Part shown: in pieces, positions 29,999-40,773 of the stretch
How positions within the stretch are numbered: position 1 is the stretch's first letter
Layout: each line of letters starts with the position of its first letter
Source of the DNA: an uncultured PS1 clade bacterium
GTDB taxonomy: Bacteria; Pseudomonadota; Alphaproteobacteria; MED-G09
Direction: 5' to 3'
NCBI GenBank assembly: GCA_902626605.1
Contig: CACOFZ010000001.1
Span: 35,881 to 99,880, forward strand
Length of the DNA stretch: 64,000 nt
Program-made: the position numbers and the translations under genes
The notes under the pieces: model-generated
What the model was told of the DNA's origin: nothing
The model's database searches: none
Seen by the model: the letters and a program-made list of their open reading frames with translations, nothing else

Positions 29999-31000
29999 AT
30001 GAAAAGAAATGTATGGAAATTAATTGCTCGTCCTAATGGAATAAATTTTGAAGAAGCTCTAGAGTTAGTTGAAGAAGAAATTTCTGATCCAGAAAATGGG
30101 CAAATACAAATTAAATTAAAGATTATTTCTATGGATGCTGGGACTAGAATGTGGATGAGTGATCGGCAAGATTCATATCAACCTCCTATAGAGTTAGGAT
30201 CATCAATGGTAGGAGTTTGCCTAGCTGAAGTTGTTAAATCTTCAAATCCAGCATTTAGCAAGGGTGATCTAGTTAGAGGTTTTGGTGAATGGTCAGATTT
30301 TGCAAATGTTGATGCAGAATCCTTTTTAGTTCTTGAGAAAGGCCTTGATTGTGATGAGGCATATCTTTCAGCTTTAGGACTTAATGGATGGACTGCATAT
30401 GTAGGAGTAATGGAAGTGGGAAAACCTAAACCAGGTGAAAATTTTCTTGTTTCAGCAGCTGCTGGAGCTACTGGGTCATTAGCCGGTCAAATTGCAAAAA
30501 AAGCAGGGTGCAGAGTTATTGGACTTGCTGGTAGTAGAGAAAAGTGTGATTGGTTGACAAATGATTTAGGCTTTGATGTGGCCATAAATTATAAAGAAGA
30601 GAATCTTGATCAAGCCTTAAAAAAGCATTGTCCTGAAGGTATTGATATATATTTTGATAATGTTGCTGGCGATATTCTTAATACTGTAATGCAAAATCTT
30701 GCCTTAAATGCTCGTATTCCTCTATCTGGTTTATTAGCTCAGTATAACAAAGAGGGAGCAAGATTACCTGGTCCTGAAAATTTTGATCAAATTTTAATGA
30801 AGCGAGCCACTATCACTGGTTTCTTTTGCCCAGATTTTCTTGACGATGGTCCTAAAATTGAAACATTATTGGCTGAATGGTATAAGGATGGATCATTAAA
30901 GTTTAAAGCAGACATTACAGAGGGTCTAGAAAATGTCTTAGTTGCTTATAAAAAGATCTTTACTGGTGAAAATATCGGTAAAACATTGGTTAAACTCTAG
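29999..31000 (+). CDS. NADP-dependent oxidoreductase (PTGR/CurA-like MDR)
   Basis: [42 protein letters not shown]; start moved to ATG 29999. Confidence 0.88.
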   Translation: MKRNVWKLIARPNGINFEEALELVEEEISDPENGQIQIKLKIISMDAGTRMWMSDRQDSYQPPIELGSSMVGVCLAEVVKSSNPAFSKGDLVRGFGEWSDFANVDAESFLVLEKGLDCDEAYLSALGLNGWTAYVGVMEVGKPKPGENFLVSAAAGATGSLAGQIAKKAGCRVIGLAGSREKCDWLTNDLGFDVAINYKEENLDQALKKHCPEGIDIYFDNVAGDILNTVMQNLALNARIPLSGLLAQYNKEGARLPGPENFDQILMKRATITGFFCPDFLDDGPKIETLLAEWYKDGSLKFKADITEGLENVLVAYKKIFTGENIGKTLVKL

Positions 31001-31004
31001 CTCA

Positions 31005-32318
31005 ATGAATAAAAGTGTCACACAGAATTATGAATTCGAAAATTCTAATTTAAAATGTTCATCATATATAAGTGAATTCACAATTGATATTTATAATGAA
31101 TTTGACCTAATCGCTAACCAAAGAAATCTGGATGATAAAATAAATGATTTAATGAATGGTAAAATTGTAAATCACACTGAAAAACAATCTGCATTACACC
31201 CTAAATATAGAAAAGAAGGCCCAAAATTAAATGATCATTTAGTTAAGCTAATTAATAGAATAAAAAATAATCATGAAATTAAAAATATAAATATTGTTGT
31301 AATTGGTATAGGCGGTTCAATTGAGGGGCCAAAATTATTAATTGAAAGCATAAATTCTCCAGAAATTAATAATAAATATAGTTACCATTTCATAACTGGG
31401 TCAGATACTTATGAGTTTGAGTATAAGACTTCTAATCTGAATCCAGATGAAACAGTTTTTATAATTTCCTCTAAATCATTTTCAACTGAGGAAACTATTC
31501 AGATGATGAAGTTAGCTTTAGCGTGGTCGTCTAGGATAGATCATTTTATTGCAATTACGTCAAATCCAAAAAAAGCTAAAGAATTTGGTTTTAATGAAAG
31601 TAGCATTGTATCTTTTGATAAAGAGATATATGGCAGGTATTCAATCTGGTCACCAATTGCAGAAATTCCTCTTTCTAATAATAGTTCTTATGAGTCTTTT
31701 TTAAAAGGGGGACGACAGGTTGATATTGATTTGTTAAAAAATCAAAAGTTTTTTGAATTTGTTAAAAGATTATCCTTTTCAGATGTTTGGAATAATAATT
31801 TTAAAAATAAACATATCAGATCTGTTCTAACATTTATTTGGTCATTTAGGTCTCTTCCAAATTATATTCAACAGTTAGAAATGGAGTCTTTAGGTAAAAT
31901 CCCAAGTAGAACCTCTAAGTATAAAAAAACAGGGCAAATTATTTTTGGAGGATATGGTCCTAGGGCACAACATTCTTATTTTCAGCTTTTTCATCAAGGC
32001 ACACAAGAACTTTGCGCAGACATTATCACCAGCAATGATAATTCAAATAGTTTAGCTTACCTTCAAGCGATTACTCAGGCAGAAATTCTTGCTAAAGGAG
32101 CAGAAACTACTGATAAAAAAGAAAAAGTAAATGGTAATGTATCCGTTAATCTTTTTTCTTTAAAAAAAACTGATCCTTTTTCTCTAGGGTACTTAATTGC
32201 AATGTGGGAATATAGAGTTTTTATTACCGCGGTATTATTAGAGGTTAATCCTTTTGATCAATTTGGAGTTGGTGTTGGGAAGGCTTTTACAAAAAAAATT
32301 CTTGATAATTTAAATTGA
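31005..32318 (+). CDS. pgi: Glucose-6-phosphate isomerase (short, divergent)
   Basis: VIGIGGS, SSKSFSTEET, GRYSIWS, QQLEMESLGK, QHSYFQLFHQG, NPFDQFGV..GK. Confidence 0.85.
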   Translation: MNKSVTQNYEFENSNLKCSSYISEFTIDIYNEFDLIANQRNLDDKINDLMNGKIVNHTEKQSALHPKYRKEGPKLNDHLVKLINRIKNNHEIKNINIVVIGIGGSIEGPKLLIESINSPEINNKYSYHFITGSDTYEFEYKTSNLNPDETVFIISSKSFSTEETIQMMKLALAWSSRIDHFIAITSNPKKAKEFGFNESSIVSFDKEIYGRYSIWSPIAEIPLSNNSSYESFLKGGRQVDIDLLKNQKFFEFVKRLSFSDVWNNNFKNKHIRSVLTFIWSFRSLPNYIQQLEMESLGKIPSRTSKYKKTGQIIFGGYGPRAQHSYFQLFHQGTQELCADIITSNDNSNSLAYLQAITQAEILAKGAETTDKKEKVNGNVSVNLFSLKKTDPFSLGYLIAMWEYRVFITAVLLEVNPFDQFGVGVGKAFTKKILDNLN

Positions 32319-32332
32319 TATTACTTAACTTT

Positions 32333-33307
32333 TTACGTACCAAATGCTTGTTCAAAAGTTTTTGCCCAACTACCGGTAGTTGCTGCTCTTGAATATTCTG
32401 TAGCCCTTCCTTCAAAAAAGTTTGTATGTTCTACAGCATTAAGCATTTCGTCCATCCAAGGAAGAGGATTTTTTTCAATTTTATATAACTCTGGAAGACC
32501 TAGTTGTGTTAATCGTCTATCAGCAATGTATCTAATATATTGTTTGACTTCATCAGCCTCCATACCTTCTACACCACCTAATTCAAATGCTAAATCAATG
32601 AAAGCATCTTCGTGCTCTATAACAGTTGCACAAGCTTTAGTAATCTCACTTTTAACATTATCATTCCAAACTGATGGATTTTCCTCAACAAAAGTTCTAA
32701 ATAATCTTATTGCTGACTCAGTATGAAGAGTTTCATCTCTAACTGACCAAGTAACTATCTGTCCCATACCTTTCATTCGGTTTTGCCTTGGGAAATTCAT
32801 TAAAACTGCAAAAGAAGCAAAAAGTTGAACACCTTCAGTAAATGCTCCAAAGACTGCAAGAGTTTTAGCGATATCTTCATTTGTATCAACACCCCACAGC
32901 CTCATATAATCAAATTTATTCTTCATTGCTTCGTATTCCAGGAAGGCACTATATTCAACCTCTGCCATTCCAATAGTATCTAGAAGATGGCTATAGGCAG
33001 CAATATGAATAGTTTCTGTATTTGAGAAAGCACCAAGCATCATTTGGATTTCTGTTGGCTTAAAGACCCTTGAATAATGTTTCATGTAGCAATTATTGAC
33101 TTCAACATCTGCCTGTACAAAAAACCTAAAAATTTGCGTAAGTAGATTTTTTTCAGGCGCTGTAAGATTTTTCTCCCAATCCTTAACATCTTCTGCTAAA
33201 GGAACTTCTTCTGGTAGCCAGTGGATTCTCTGTTGTTTAAGCCAAGCTTCATAAGCCCAGGGATATTTAAACGGTTTGTATACTAATCTTTCTTCAAGAA
33301 GGGACAT
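32333..33307 (-). CDS. nrdB: Class Ia ribonucleotide reductase beta subunit
   Basis: HWLPEEV, FFVQAD, ETIHIAAYS (radical Tyr), EGVQLFASF, RDETLH, HTNFFE. Confidence 0.95.
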   Translation of the reverse strand: MSLLEERLVYKPFKYPWAYEAWLKQQRIHWLPEEVPLAEDVKDWEKNLTAPEKNLLTQIFRFFVQADVEVNNCYMKHYSRVFKPTEIQMMLGAFSNTETIHIAAYSHLLDTIGMAEVEYSAFLEYEAMKNKFDYMRLWGVDTNEDIAKTLAVFGAFTEGVQLFASFAVLMNFPRQNRMKGMGQIVTWSVRDETLHTESAIRLFRTFVEENPSVWNDNVKSEITKACATVIEHEDAFIDLAFELGGVEGMEADEVKQYIRYIADRRLTQLGLPELYKIEKNPLPWMDEMLNAVEHTNFFEGRATEYSRAATTGSWAKTFEQAFGT

Positions 33308-33337
33308 AACTTTCTCTCTATTCTATTTTTATTATGC

Positions 33338-35344
33338 TTATTGACAGGCCAGGCATTCATCATAATCATTTGGATTAGACTCTGCCGCAACCTCGTCAAG
33401 AGTTTTAACATTAATTTTGGTTGGTTGGTTAGAAGAATTTTCAGCTCTCTGTAAAGAGAGTGAACGACAATAATAAAGGCTCTTAACTCCTTTTTTCCAT
33501 GCTGAATAATGAACTTCATGTAGATATGCTTTATCACTATCAGCTGGTAAAAAGACATTTAATGACTGGGCTTGATCGATCATTTCAGATCTATCTCCAG
33601 CAAGATCTATCAACCATCTTTGATCAATTTCAAATGCAGTTTTATAAACATCCTTTTCATGCTCAGATAAGAAATCAAGATGTTGAACTGATCCACCATT
33701 TGATAGTATTGAAAGCCATACTTCATCATTATCTTGATTTTTTTCTTGTAAAAGAATTTTAAGATGACGATTTCTTACAGTGAATGTTCCTGATAGTGTC
33801 TTATGAGCATAGACATTTGCAGCAATAGGTTCAATACCTGGGCTTGAACCACCGCAAATAATCGAAATTGATGCAGTTGGGGCAACAGCAGTTTTATTTG
33901 AAAAACGCTCCATAATTCCATATTCTTCAGCGTCAGGGCAGGGACCCTTTTCTTTAGCAAGTTCTCTTGATGCTTGATCTGCACCTGCTTTAATATGATT
34001 GAATATTTTTTTATTCCATGATTTTGCTACTGCGCTCTCCCAAGGAACGTTATTTTCCTGGAAAAAAGAATGAAGACCCATCACGCCTAAACCAACAGAT
34101 CTTTCTCTTGTCGCTGCATATGCAGCGCTTTTCATTGTCTCAGGAGCATTGTCTATAAAATCTTGAAGCACGTTATCTAAAAAACGCATAATGTCTGGTA
34201 TAAATTCTTTTTCATTTTCCCATTCAAAAAACTTTTCAATATTTACAGAGGATAAGCAGCATACAGCGGTTCTATTTTCACCATGGTGATCAATACCTGT
34301 TGGCAAAGTTATTTCACTGCATAAATTAGATGTTTTAATTTCTAATCCAGCAAGTTTCTGTTGCTCTGGTCTCAGATTATTAACTGTATCTTTGTAAACT
34401 AAATAAGGCTCACCTGTTTCGATTCTTGCTGTTAACATTCTTATCCATAGAGAACGTGCAGAAACAGTTTTTTGCACAGATTGATCATGAGGGCTTCTTA
34501 AGTCCCACTCAGCGTTTTCTTCAACTGCACGCATAAATGCATCTGTCAGTTGTATTCCATGATGAAGATTAAGAGCTTTTCTATTTGGATCTCCTCCCGT
34601 TGGTCTTCTTATTTCAATAAATTCTTCGATTTCAGGGTGATCAATAGGTAAATAAACTGCAGCAGAACCTCTTCTCAGAGAACCTTGGCTAATTGCCAGT
34701 GTTAGAGAGTCCATAACTCTAATAAAAGGAACAATTCCACTTGTTTTTCCAACACCACCAATTGGTTCACCAATTGATCTTAAATTACCCCAATAAGATC
34801 CAATACCTCCACCTTTAGAAGCAAGCCAAACATTCTCTGTCCATAGATCGACTATTCCACCTAGACTATCGCTAGCTTCGTTTAAAAAACAAGAAATTGG
34901 AAGCCCTCTTCCAGTTCCGCCATTGGAAAGAACAGGTGTTGAAGGCATAAACCAAAGCTTTGATATATAATCATAGAGACGTTGTGAGTGTTCTTGATTA
35001 TCACCATAATATGAAGCAACACGTGCAAATAGATCTTGAAAGGATTCACCCGGCATCAAATACCTATCCTCAAGTGTTTCTCTTCCAAAATCAGTCAATA
35101 GAGAGTCTCTTGATGGATCGATTTTAACTCTAAAACCTTTACCTTTATGCTGAACAGCTCGGTCATTAATTTTAAAATCAATTCGTGGTTGTTCAGACAA
35201 CTTGGTTGTTGGTTTTTCACCAATTTTTGATTGTGCAAATGAATAAATTTCTTCCATCTCCTCTCTAGTATAACCAGAAATAACAGGAGTAGGAGTCTTC
35301 TTTTCTTTATTTTGATTAATTTTTTCTATTTTATTCATCAGCAT
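33338..35344 (-). CDS. nrdA: Class Ia ribonucleotide reductase alpha subunit (no ATP cone, N-terminal extension)
   Basis: TPVLSN, ISCF, SNLCSEI, VCCLSS, APTAS, KSLYY, C-terminal CLAC. Confidence 0.95.
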   Translation of the reverse strand: MLMNKIEKINQNKEKKTPTPVISGYTREEMEEIYSFAQSKIGEKPTTKLSEQPRIDFKINDRAVQHKGKGFRVKIDPSRDSLLTDFGRETLEDRYLMPGESFQDLFARVASYYGDNQEHSQRLYDYISKLWFMPSTPVLSNGGTGRGLPISCFLNEASDSLGGIVDLWTENVWLASKGGGIGSYWGNLRSIGEPIGGVGKTSGIVPFIRVMDSLTLAISQGSLRRGSAAVYLPIDHPEIEEFIEIRRPTGGDPNRKALNLHHGIQLTDAFMRAVEENAEWDLRSPHDQSVQKTVSARSLWIRMLTARIETGEPYLVYKDTVNNLRPEQQKLAGLEIKTSNLCSEITLPTGIDHHGENRTAVCCLSSVNIEKFFEWENEKEFIPDIMRFLDNVLQDFIDNAPETMKSAAYAATRERSVGLGVMGLHSFFQENNVPWESAVAKSWNKKIFNHIKAGADQASRELAKEKGPCPDAEEYGIMERFSNKTAVAPTASISIICGGSSPGIEPIAANVYAHKTLSGTFTVRNRHLKILLQEKNQDNDEVWLSILSNGGSVQHLDFLSEHEKDVYKTAFEIDQRWLIDLAGDRSEMIDQAQSLNVFLPADSDKAYLHEVHYSAWKKGVKSLYYCRSLSLQRAENSSNQPTKINVKTLDEVAAESNPNDYDECLACQ

Positions 35345-35481
35345 CTCTTATCCTTTCTTTCTTTTGAGAGAGTCGTGCTCTCCCTACAACAAACGTTGCA
35401 TTATTGCTTCTAACGGCAATTTAAAATAATATTTAGGGCGTAATACACATTAATTTTTGGCTTACTATTTTTAAGTAAATT

Positions 35482-35528
35482 TTACTACAAATAGAGTATA
35501 TAACGTTACCTAACACAAAATATAGTAT
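35482..35528. promoter_or_regulatory. Tandem NrdR boxes upstream of nrdA
   Basis: TTACTACAAATAGAGT (35482) and ACACAAAATATAGTAT (35513) resemble the acaCwAtATaTwGtgt consensus and are 31 bp apart, a typical tandem NrdR spacing. Confidence 0.7.
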
Positions 35529-35549
35529 CCTGTTCGTTCTGAAGGTCAA
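35522..35549 (-). promoter_or_regulatory. Putative sigma70 promoter of nrdAB
   Basis: Minus strand TTGACC-N16-TACTAT; the -10 overlaps the NrdR box at 35513. Confidence 0.5.
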
Positions 35550-35649
35550 TAAAGAAAAAACAAAAAAGTTATTTTTTTTTGTTTTTTTTGACATTTTAAA
35601 AAAAAATCACAAAAATTAAGCCTTTCAAATAACCTTCAGGAGTTCTCTT

Positions 35650-36681
35650 TTGTCAAATTCAAATCATACATATAAATCATGGCGCCTAAACACCAGGCCA
35701 GTTGGTGAAATAAAAAATACTGATCTTACTTTAGTTGAAGAGAATATTCCTGAAATTAATGATAATGAAATTCTTGCTAGGACAATATATTTCTCATTGG
35801 ATCCTACTAATAGAATATGGATGTCAGATGTTGATCAATATATGGAACCGGTTGAGATAGGTGATATTATGAGAGCAGGTGGATCTATTGCTATTGTTGA
35901 GGAGTCAAATTCAAATGATGTTTCTGTTGGCGATATTATTCAAGGGGGAATGCATGGAGGTTGGCAAGATTATTTTATAGCACCAGGTAATGATGTTGTA
36001 AAACTTCCAAAGAAAACAGGATTACCTCTTACGGCTTTTATTTCTGTTCTTGGTTTTACAGGACCTACCGCATATTTTGGCTTTCTTGATATTGGTAAAC
36101 CCAAAAAAGGAGAAACCGTTGTTGTTTCGGCTGGCGCAGGTGCTGTTGGTTCAATAGTTTGTCAAATTGCAAAGATAAAGGAATGTTATGTTGTTGCCAT
36201 AGCGGGGTCGGATGAAAAATGTGATTGGCTTAAAAACGATTTAGGCGTTGATAGTGTAATTAATTACAAAAAAGAAAATGTATTTGATGCATTAAAAACG
36301 TCATGTCCTAATGGCATCGATATTTATTTTGATAATGTTGGAGGCGATACACTTGATGCAGCATTAACCTTAATGAATAAGTTTGGAAGGATACCAGTTT
36401 GTGGATTGATCTCAATGTACAATGATTGGTCATCAACTGGTCCAAAAATGTATAGAAATATATTAATGAAAACATTGACTGTAACTGGTTTCTTAGTCTC
36501 TGATTTCACTGATCAATTCGAAGAGTGTCTTCAAAAACTTGGTCAATGGGTTGCTGAAGGTAAAATTAAATATAAAGTTGATGTTATCGAGGGCATTGAA
36601 AATGCCCCCGTAGCAGTTAATAAATTATTTACAGGAGAGAACGAAGGTAAGCTCGTTATTCAAACTTCAAAAGAACCTTAA
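35650..36681 (+). CDS. NADP-dependent oxidoreductase (PTGR/CurA-like), paralog of 29999..31000
   Basis: [42 protein letters not shown]; TTG start after AGGAG. Confidence 0.9.
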   Translation: MSNSNHTYKSWRLNTRPVGEIKNTDLTLVEENIPEINDNEILARTIYFSLDPTNRIWMSDVDQYMEPVEIGDIMRAGGSIAIVEESNSNDVSVGDIIQGGMHGGWQDYFIAPGNDVVKLPKKTGLPLTAFISVLGFTGPTAYFGFLDIGKPKKGETVVVSAGAGAVGSIVCQIAKIKECYVVAIAGSDEKCDWLKNDLGVDSVINYKKENVFDALKTSCPNGIDIYFDNVGGDTLDAALTLMNKFGRIPVCGLISMYNDWSSTGPKMYRNILMKTLTVTGFLVSDFTDQFEECLQKLGQWVAEGKIKYKVDVIEGIENAPVAVNKLFTGENEGKLVIQTSKEP

Positions 36682-37868
36682 TTAAAAACTTCAAATAAAC
36701 CTGCTGCACCCATTCCGCCGCCAATACACATTGTAACAACAACGTTTTTCGCTTTTCTTCTTTTACCTTCAAGAAGAATATGACCAACTAATCGAGCACC
36801 TGTCATACCGAAAGGATGTCCAATAGCAATTGAACCACCATTAACGTTTAATTTTTCATTATCAATTCCTAGTTTGTCTCGACAATAGAGAGTCTGACTT
36901 GCAAAAGCCTCATTAAGCTCCCAAAGATCTATATCATCTATAGAAAGATTATTTCTTTCTAAAAGTCTTGGTATTGCAAATACTGGACCGATACCCATTT
37001 CATCTGGTTCACAACCAGCAACAGCAAAACCTCTGAAAGCCCCAAGAGGCTCTAACCCTTTTTTTTCTGCTAGTTTTGAGTCCATGACCACCACAGAAGC
37101 AGCCCCGTCGGATAGCTGAGATGCATTCCCAGCAGTAATGAAATGTTCATCACCGCGAACGGGCTTAAGTTGTGCGAGACCTTCTAAGGTAGTTGAGGGT
37201 CTATTGCACTCATCTTTATCAACCGTATAATCAATAACACTCTCTTCACCGCTCTCTTTATCAACAACTTTCATTTTTGTTTCCATTGCAACTATTTCAT
37301 CTTTATAAAGGTCCGCCTCTTGTGCGGCAGCTGTTCTTTGTTGACTCTGAAGAGAATATTCATCTTGTGCTTCACGGGAAATATTGTACCTATCTGCAAC
37401 AATATCTGCAGTCTCAATCATAGGCATCCATAATGCTGGATAACTCTCCATAAGTTTTTCTTCCGTAATATTATTGAAATTGATACCTTGCATTGGTACT
37501 AGAGAGATAGACTCAACACCTGCCCCAACAACTGCGCTAGCTCCTTCATTAACAATTCTTCCAGCTGCCATTGCTATAGTCTGTAAGCCTGAGGAACAAA
37601 ATCTATTTACTGTAACACCAGATGTTGTAACTGGACATCCTGCCCAAATTGCAGCAAGCCTTCCTACATTTTGTCCAGTTGCGCCTTCGGGAGTCCCACA
37701 CCCCATAATCACATCTTCAATTTCATTTGGATCTAATTTAGCTCTCTCAATAGAGTGCTTAACAGCATGTCCGGCCATTGCGGCGCCATGAGTTATATTA
37801 AAACCACCTCGCCCAGATTTTGCGAGTCCTGTTCTTGCTGTTGAGACTATTACTGCTTCTCTTGTCAT
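36678..37868 (-). CDS. Acetyl-CoA C-acyltransferase (thiolase)
   Basis: [39 protein letters not shown]. Confidence 0.95.
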   Translation of the reverse strand: MTREAVIVSTARTGLAKSGRGGFNITHGAAMAGHAVKHSIERAKLDPNEIEDVIMGCGTPEGATGQNVGRLAAIWAGCPVTTSGVTVNRFCSSGLQTIAMAAGRIVNEGASAVVGAGVESISLVPMQGINFNNITEEKLMESYPALWMPMIETADIVADRYNISREAQDEYSLQSQQRTAAAQEADLYKDEIVAMETKMKVVDKESGEESVIDYTVDKDECNRPSTTLEGLAQLKPVRGDEHFITAGNASQLSDGAASVVVMDSKLAEKKGLEPLGAFRGFAVAGCEPDEMGIGPVFAIPRLLERNNLSIDDIDLWELNEAFASQTLYCRDKLGIDNEKLNVNGGSIAIGHPFGMTGARLVGHILLEGKRRKAKNVVVTMCIGGGMGAAGLFEVFN

Positions 37869-38009
37869 TATTAGCTCCTCTTGAGTTAGGTTAATTAGAT
37901 ATTTAATTTTAATAATTAAATTATAGAATTAACTTTGTTATCTAAATTTATTATATTTTTCTTTTTTATTTATAAAAATTAAATTAAGTCATAAGTATAA
38001 GGAGTTTTT

Positions 38010-38279
38010 TTGTCAAATCATCATACAAAACATAATTACTACCAAATTATTCTAGACAATAAAGAATCATTAGCAACAAAAGAATTCGGAGCTATACCAA
38101 AATTATTAACTATAAATATAGATTTAGGTGACTTAGATAATAATTTTGTTATCAGTGACAACAATTTACAATCATCTATTGAAAAAAAGAGTAAAGATAC
38201 AATATTTATAAAGACTCTTATCAAAATAGATAATGATAATATTGCATCTGCCTCAAGTATTTGGACTAATAACTGCTAA
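38010..38279 (+). CDS. Small hypothetical protein resembling the C-terminal half of a PaaI/hotdog thioesterase
   Basis: AAGGAG SD + TTG start; LTINIDL...IEKKSKDTIFIKTLI...IASASSIW beta-strand pattern. Confidence 0.45.
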   Translation: MSNHHTKHNYYQIILDNKESLATKEFGAIPKLLTINIDLGDLDNNFVISDNNLQSSIEKKSKDTIFIKTLIKIDNDNIASASSIWTNNC

Positions 38280-38280
38280 A

Positions 38281-40773
38281 ATGTTTTTTAATATGTTTTA
38301 TAAATTTCTATCTCTTTTTTTAATTTTAATAATACTTAACGGTTGTGGAGGTGGAGGAAAAGGTGTTCCTGTTCAATTATCAGCCTTGCCAGAGGAAGAA
38401 GATAATTTACCTGAAACACTTGATCCAAATACTGATATTTTTATTCCAAAAGAGAGATTTGAAACGCCTGAATATAAAAATCAATGGGGTTTAAACTTTA
38501 TAAATGCATCAGATGCTTATTCATATGGAGCTTCGGGAAAAGGTGTTGTAGTTGGTGTAGTTGATGAGGCTTTAGATTGGGGGCATCATGAATTTTTGAA
38601 AGAAAATATTCTTCATCCTGATAGTGTTTTGATTTATAGCGGGGATAGAGAACCTACTCCTTTAGAAAAATTCCATGGAACTGCAACAAGTTCAATAATT
38701 GCAGGCAGAAAGGATGATGAGCCTATTGATAGAAATATGCATGGTGTTGCATATGATGCTCAGATCTTATTTATAGCAATAGAATTAGGCTCTCCACCAT
38801 CAGATGGTGAGTACGAACCAATAGACATACCTGAGTTTAGCTGGGAGCGTTTCGATGAACAAGAGTCAAATTTTTACAGAGAACTATCATCGAAATCGGA
38901 TGTTATTAATAATAGCTTTGGATTTACTGGGCAAATAACTGACTATTCAAAAGAGATACTTCAAAATACATTTCCAAAACTAATTAATACATTTGCAAGT
39001 GAGCAGGAAACAATTTTTGTTTGGTCAGCTGGAAATTATAATGGAATAAAAGATACCGAAGGAGAAGAGGTAGATGCTGCAAATCCAGGAATTTTAGCTG
39101 GTTTAGGCTATTATTTTCCCGAACTAACCAAGAATAATGTTGCTGTTGTTGCTGTTAATCAAGATGGCGATATTGCAGACTTTTCTAATCGGTGCGGTGT
39201 TGCAAGGGATTTTTGTATAGCTGCTCCGGGCGTTAAAGTACCTCTGGCAATTCCCAATAATTTATTTAATTCATTAACAGATAAAGAGAAAAATAATTTT
39301 AATGAAAATGTTCTAAATTATTTGAAAAATCAGCCTTTCGAAGCATATTTATTAGGATCCGGAACATCTTTTTCAGCGCCTCATGTAACTGGGGCAATAG
39401 CTGTTTTAAAAGAACTTTTTAATGATAACTTATCTAGCGTACAGATTTTAGAGCGTTTATTTAATACAGCAAATAAAGAAGGAAAATATTCTAATAAGGA
39501 GATTTATGGTCAAGGGTTGTTAGACTTAAGGACAGCCTCATCTCCAGTTGGCTCAACTCTTTTCTACTCTGGGCCAAGCATTTATTCAGATATCATTCCA
39601 ACAGCTAGGACATATGTATCCACATCAAAATCTTTTGGTGATGCGCTAAAAAATAGTTTAGGAAAAACTCAACTATCAGTTTTTGATGCGCTAGGTGCTC
39701 CTTTTTCAATACCAGCAAACTCCCTTATAAAAAATATAATCCCATCTTCAAATACAATGGAAAGATTATTTAATTTTAAAGAAAAAAAATATAGTTATAC
39801 CTCCTCAAATGGTTTTGAATTCTTATCTTCTTGGAAAAGACTTCTCGCTTCAAATGGCACAAGTGTGAATAAAATTGATTTTGCTGAAATAAATTTTCAG
39901 AAAAAAAATTCTTCGCTATCATTCTCATACGGAAAAAATCCATCAATTAATTTTTTTAATACCTATGAAAAATTATTAATTTATAAAAGCTTTTATGATA
40001 AACAAGCTCTTACAAATCCGTGGCTAAATTTGGTTGAGGAGGGTTATAGTTTTGGTTTTTCAAACAAATTAGATGCATTATATTTTGATCTAAATATTTT
40101 TTCAGGCTTTAAGAGGGATGAAGATTGGTTTTTAAAGCCAAACTTTTACTTTGATAAAAATAATAATGAAAGTAAGGGTCTTTATTTGACGCTTAGGAAT
40201 AATAATTTATCAAAATTTATGTTTGGCTACACTATAGGCTTTTTGGAAACTAATAATGGAGTATTTGATAATAGTTTTGGCGGTGCTTTTGATATAATTG
40301 AAGATTCAAAAAGTTTTTTCTCATCAATTTCTCTCAAATCAGCTTTAATAAAAGACTGGAATTTTATAGGTAGTTTAAATCTCGCTAATATTTCCAATGT
40401 TAATTCAGATAAATTTATTAGAAATATTTCTAACATAGAAGAGTTTAGTTTTGATATTGCTTTAATAAAAAAGTCTCTCTTTAATAAAAATGATTTACTG
40501 TCATTTCGAATAAAACAAGAGCCCAGAATTGAGGATGCTAGAATTTCTTTTTATTTTCCTAATGGAAGAGATCCAAGTGGATCAATAAATTTTAAATCAG
40601 TAAATTTACCTTTGAGACCTTCCGGAAGAGAAATAAATATAGAAACTTCATGGTCATTTCAAAAAAATAATAAAAAATCCTACATTAATTTGAACTTAAT
40701 AAAGGATAAAGGTCATATTAAAACAAACAATATTGAGTTAAATATTATTTTTGCTCATCAAAGATTTTTTTAA
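38281..40773 (+). CDS. Subtilisin-like (S8) serine protease, lipoprotein, autotransporter-like C-terminus (start 38281 or 38293)
   Basis: Lipobox LNG-C followed by GGGG; triad VGVVD / HGT / GTSFSAPHV; oxyanion SAGN; aromatic beta-strand-rich C-terminal half ending in Phe. Confidence 0.85.
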   Translation: MFFNMFYKFLSLFLILIILNGCGGGGKGVPVQLSALPEEEDNLPETLDPNTDIFIPKERFETPEYKNQWGLNFINASDAYSYGASGKGVVVGVVDEALDWGHHEFLKENILHPDSVLIYSGDREPTPLEKFHGTATSSIIAGRKDDEPIDRNMHGVAYDAQILFIAIELGSPPSDGEYEPIDIPEFSWERFDEQESNFYRELSSKSDVINNSFGFTGQITDYSKEILQNTFPKLINTFASEQETIFVWSAGNYNGIKDTEGEEVDAANPGILAGLGYYFPELTKNNVAVVAVNQDGDIADFSNRCGVARDFCIAAPGVKVPLAIPNNLFNSLTDKEKNNFNENVLNYLKNQPFEAYLLGSGTSFSAPHVTGAIAVLKELFNDNLSSVQILERLFNTANKEGKYSNKEIYGQGLLDLRTASSPVGSTLFYSGPSIYSDIIPTARTYVSTSKSFGDALKNSLGKTQLSVFDALGAPFSIPANSLIKNIIPSSNTMERLFNFKEKKYSYTSSNGFEFLSSWKRLLASNGTSVNKIDFAEINFQKKNSSLSFSYGKNPSINFFNTYEKLLIYKSFYDKQALTNPWLNLVEEGYSFGFSNKLDALYFDLNIFSGFKRDEDWFLKPNFYFDKNNNESKGLYLTLRNNNLSKFMFGYTIGFLETNNGVFDNSFGGAFDIIEDSKSFFSSISLKSALIKDWNFIGSLNLANISNVNSDKFIRNISNIEEFSFDIALIKKSLFNKNDLLSFRIKQEPRIEDARISFYFPNGRDPSGSINFKSVNLPLRPSGREINIETSWSFQKNNKKSYINLNLIKDKGHIKTNNIELNIIFAHQRFF

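Noticed and set aside
35551-35592. A-tract/T-tract inverted repeat AAAAAACAAAAAA...TTTTTTGTTTTTT
   Set aside because: Low-complexity sequence between divergent promoters (likely UP elements); no support for an sRNA or MITE
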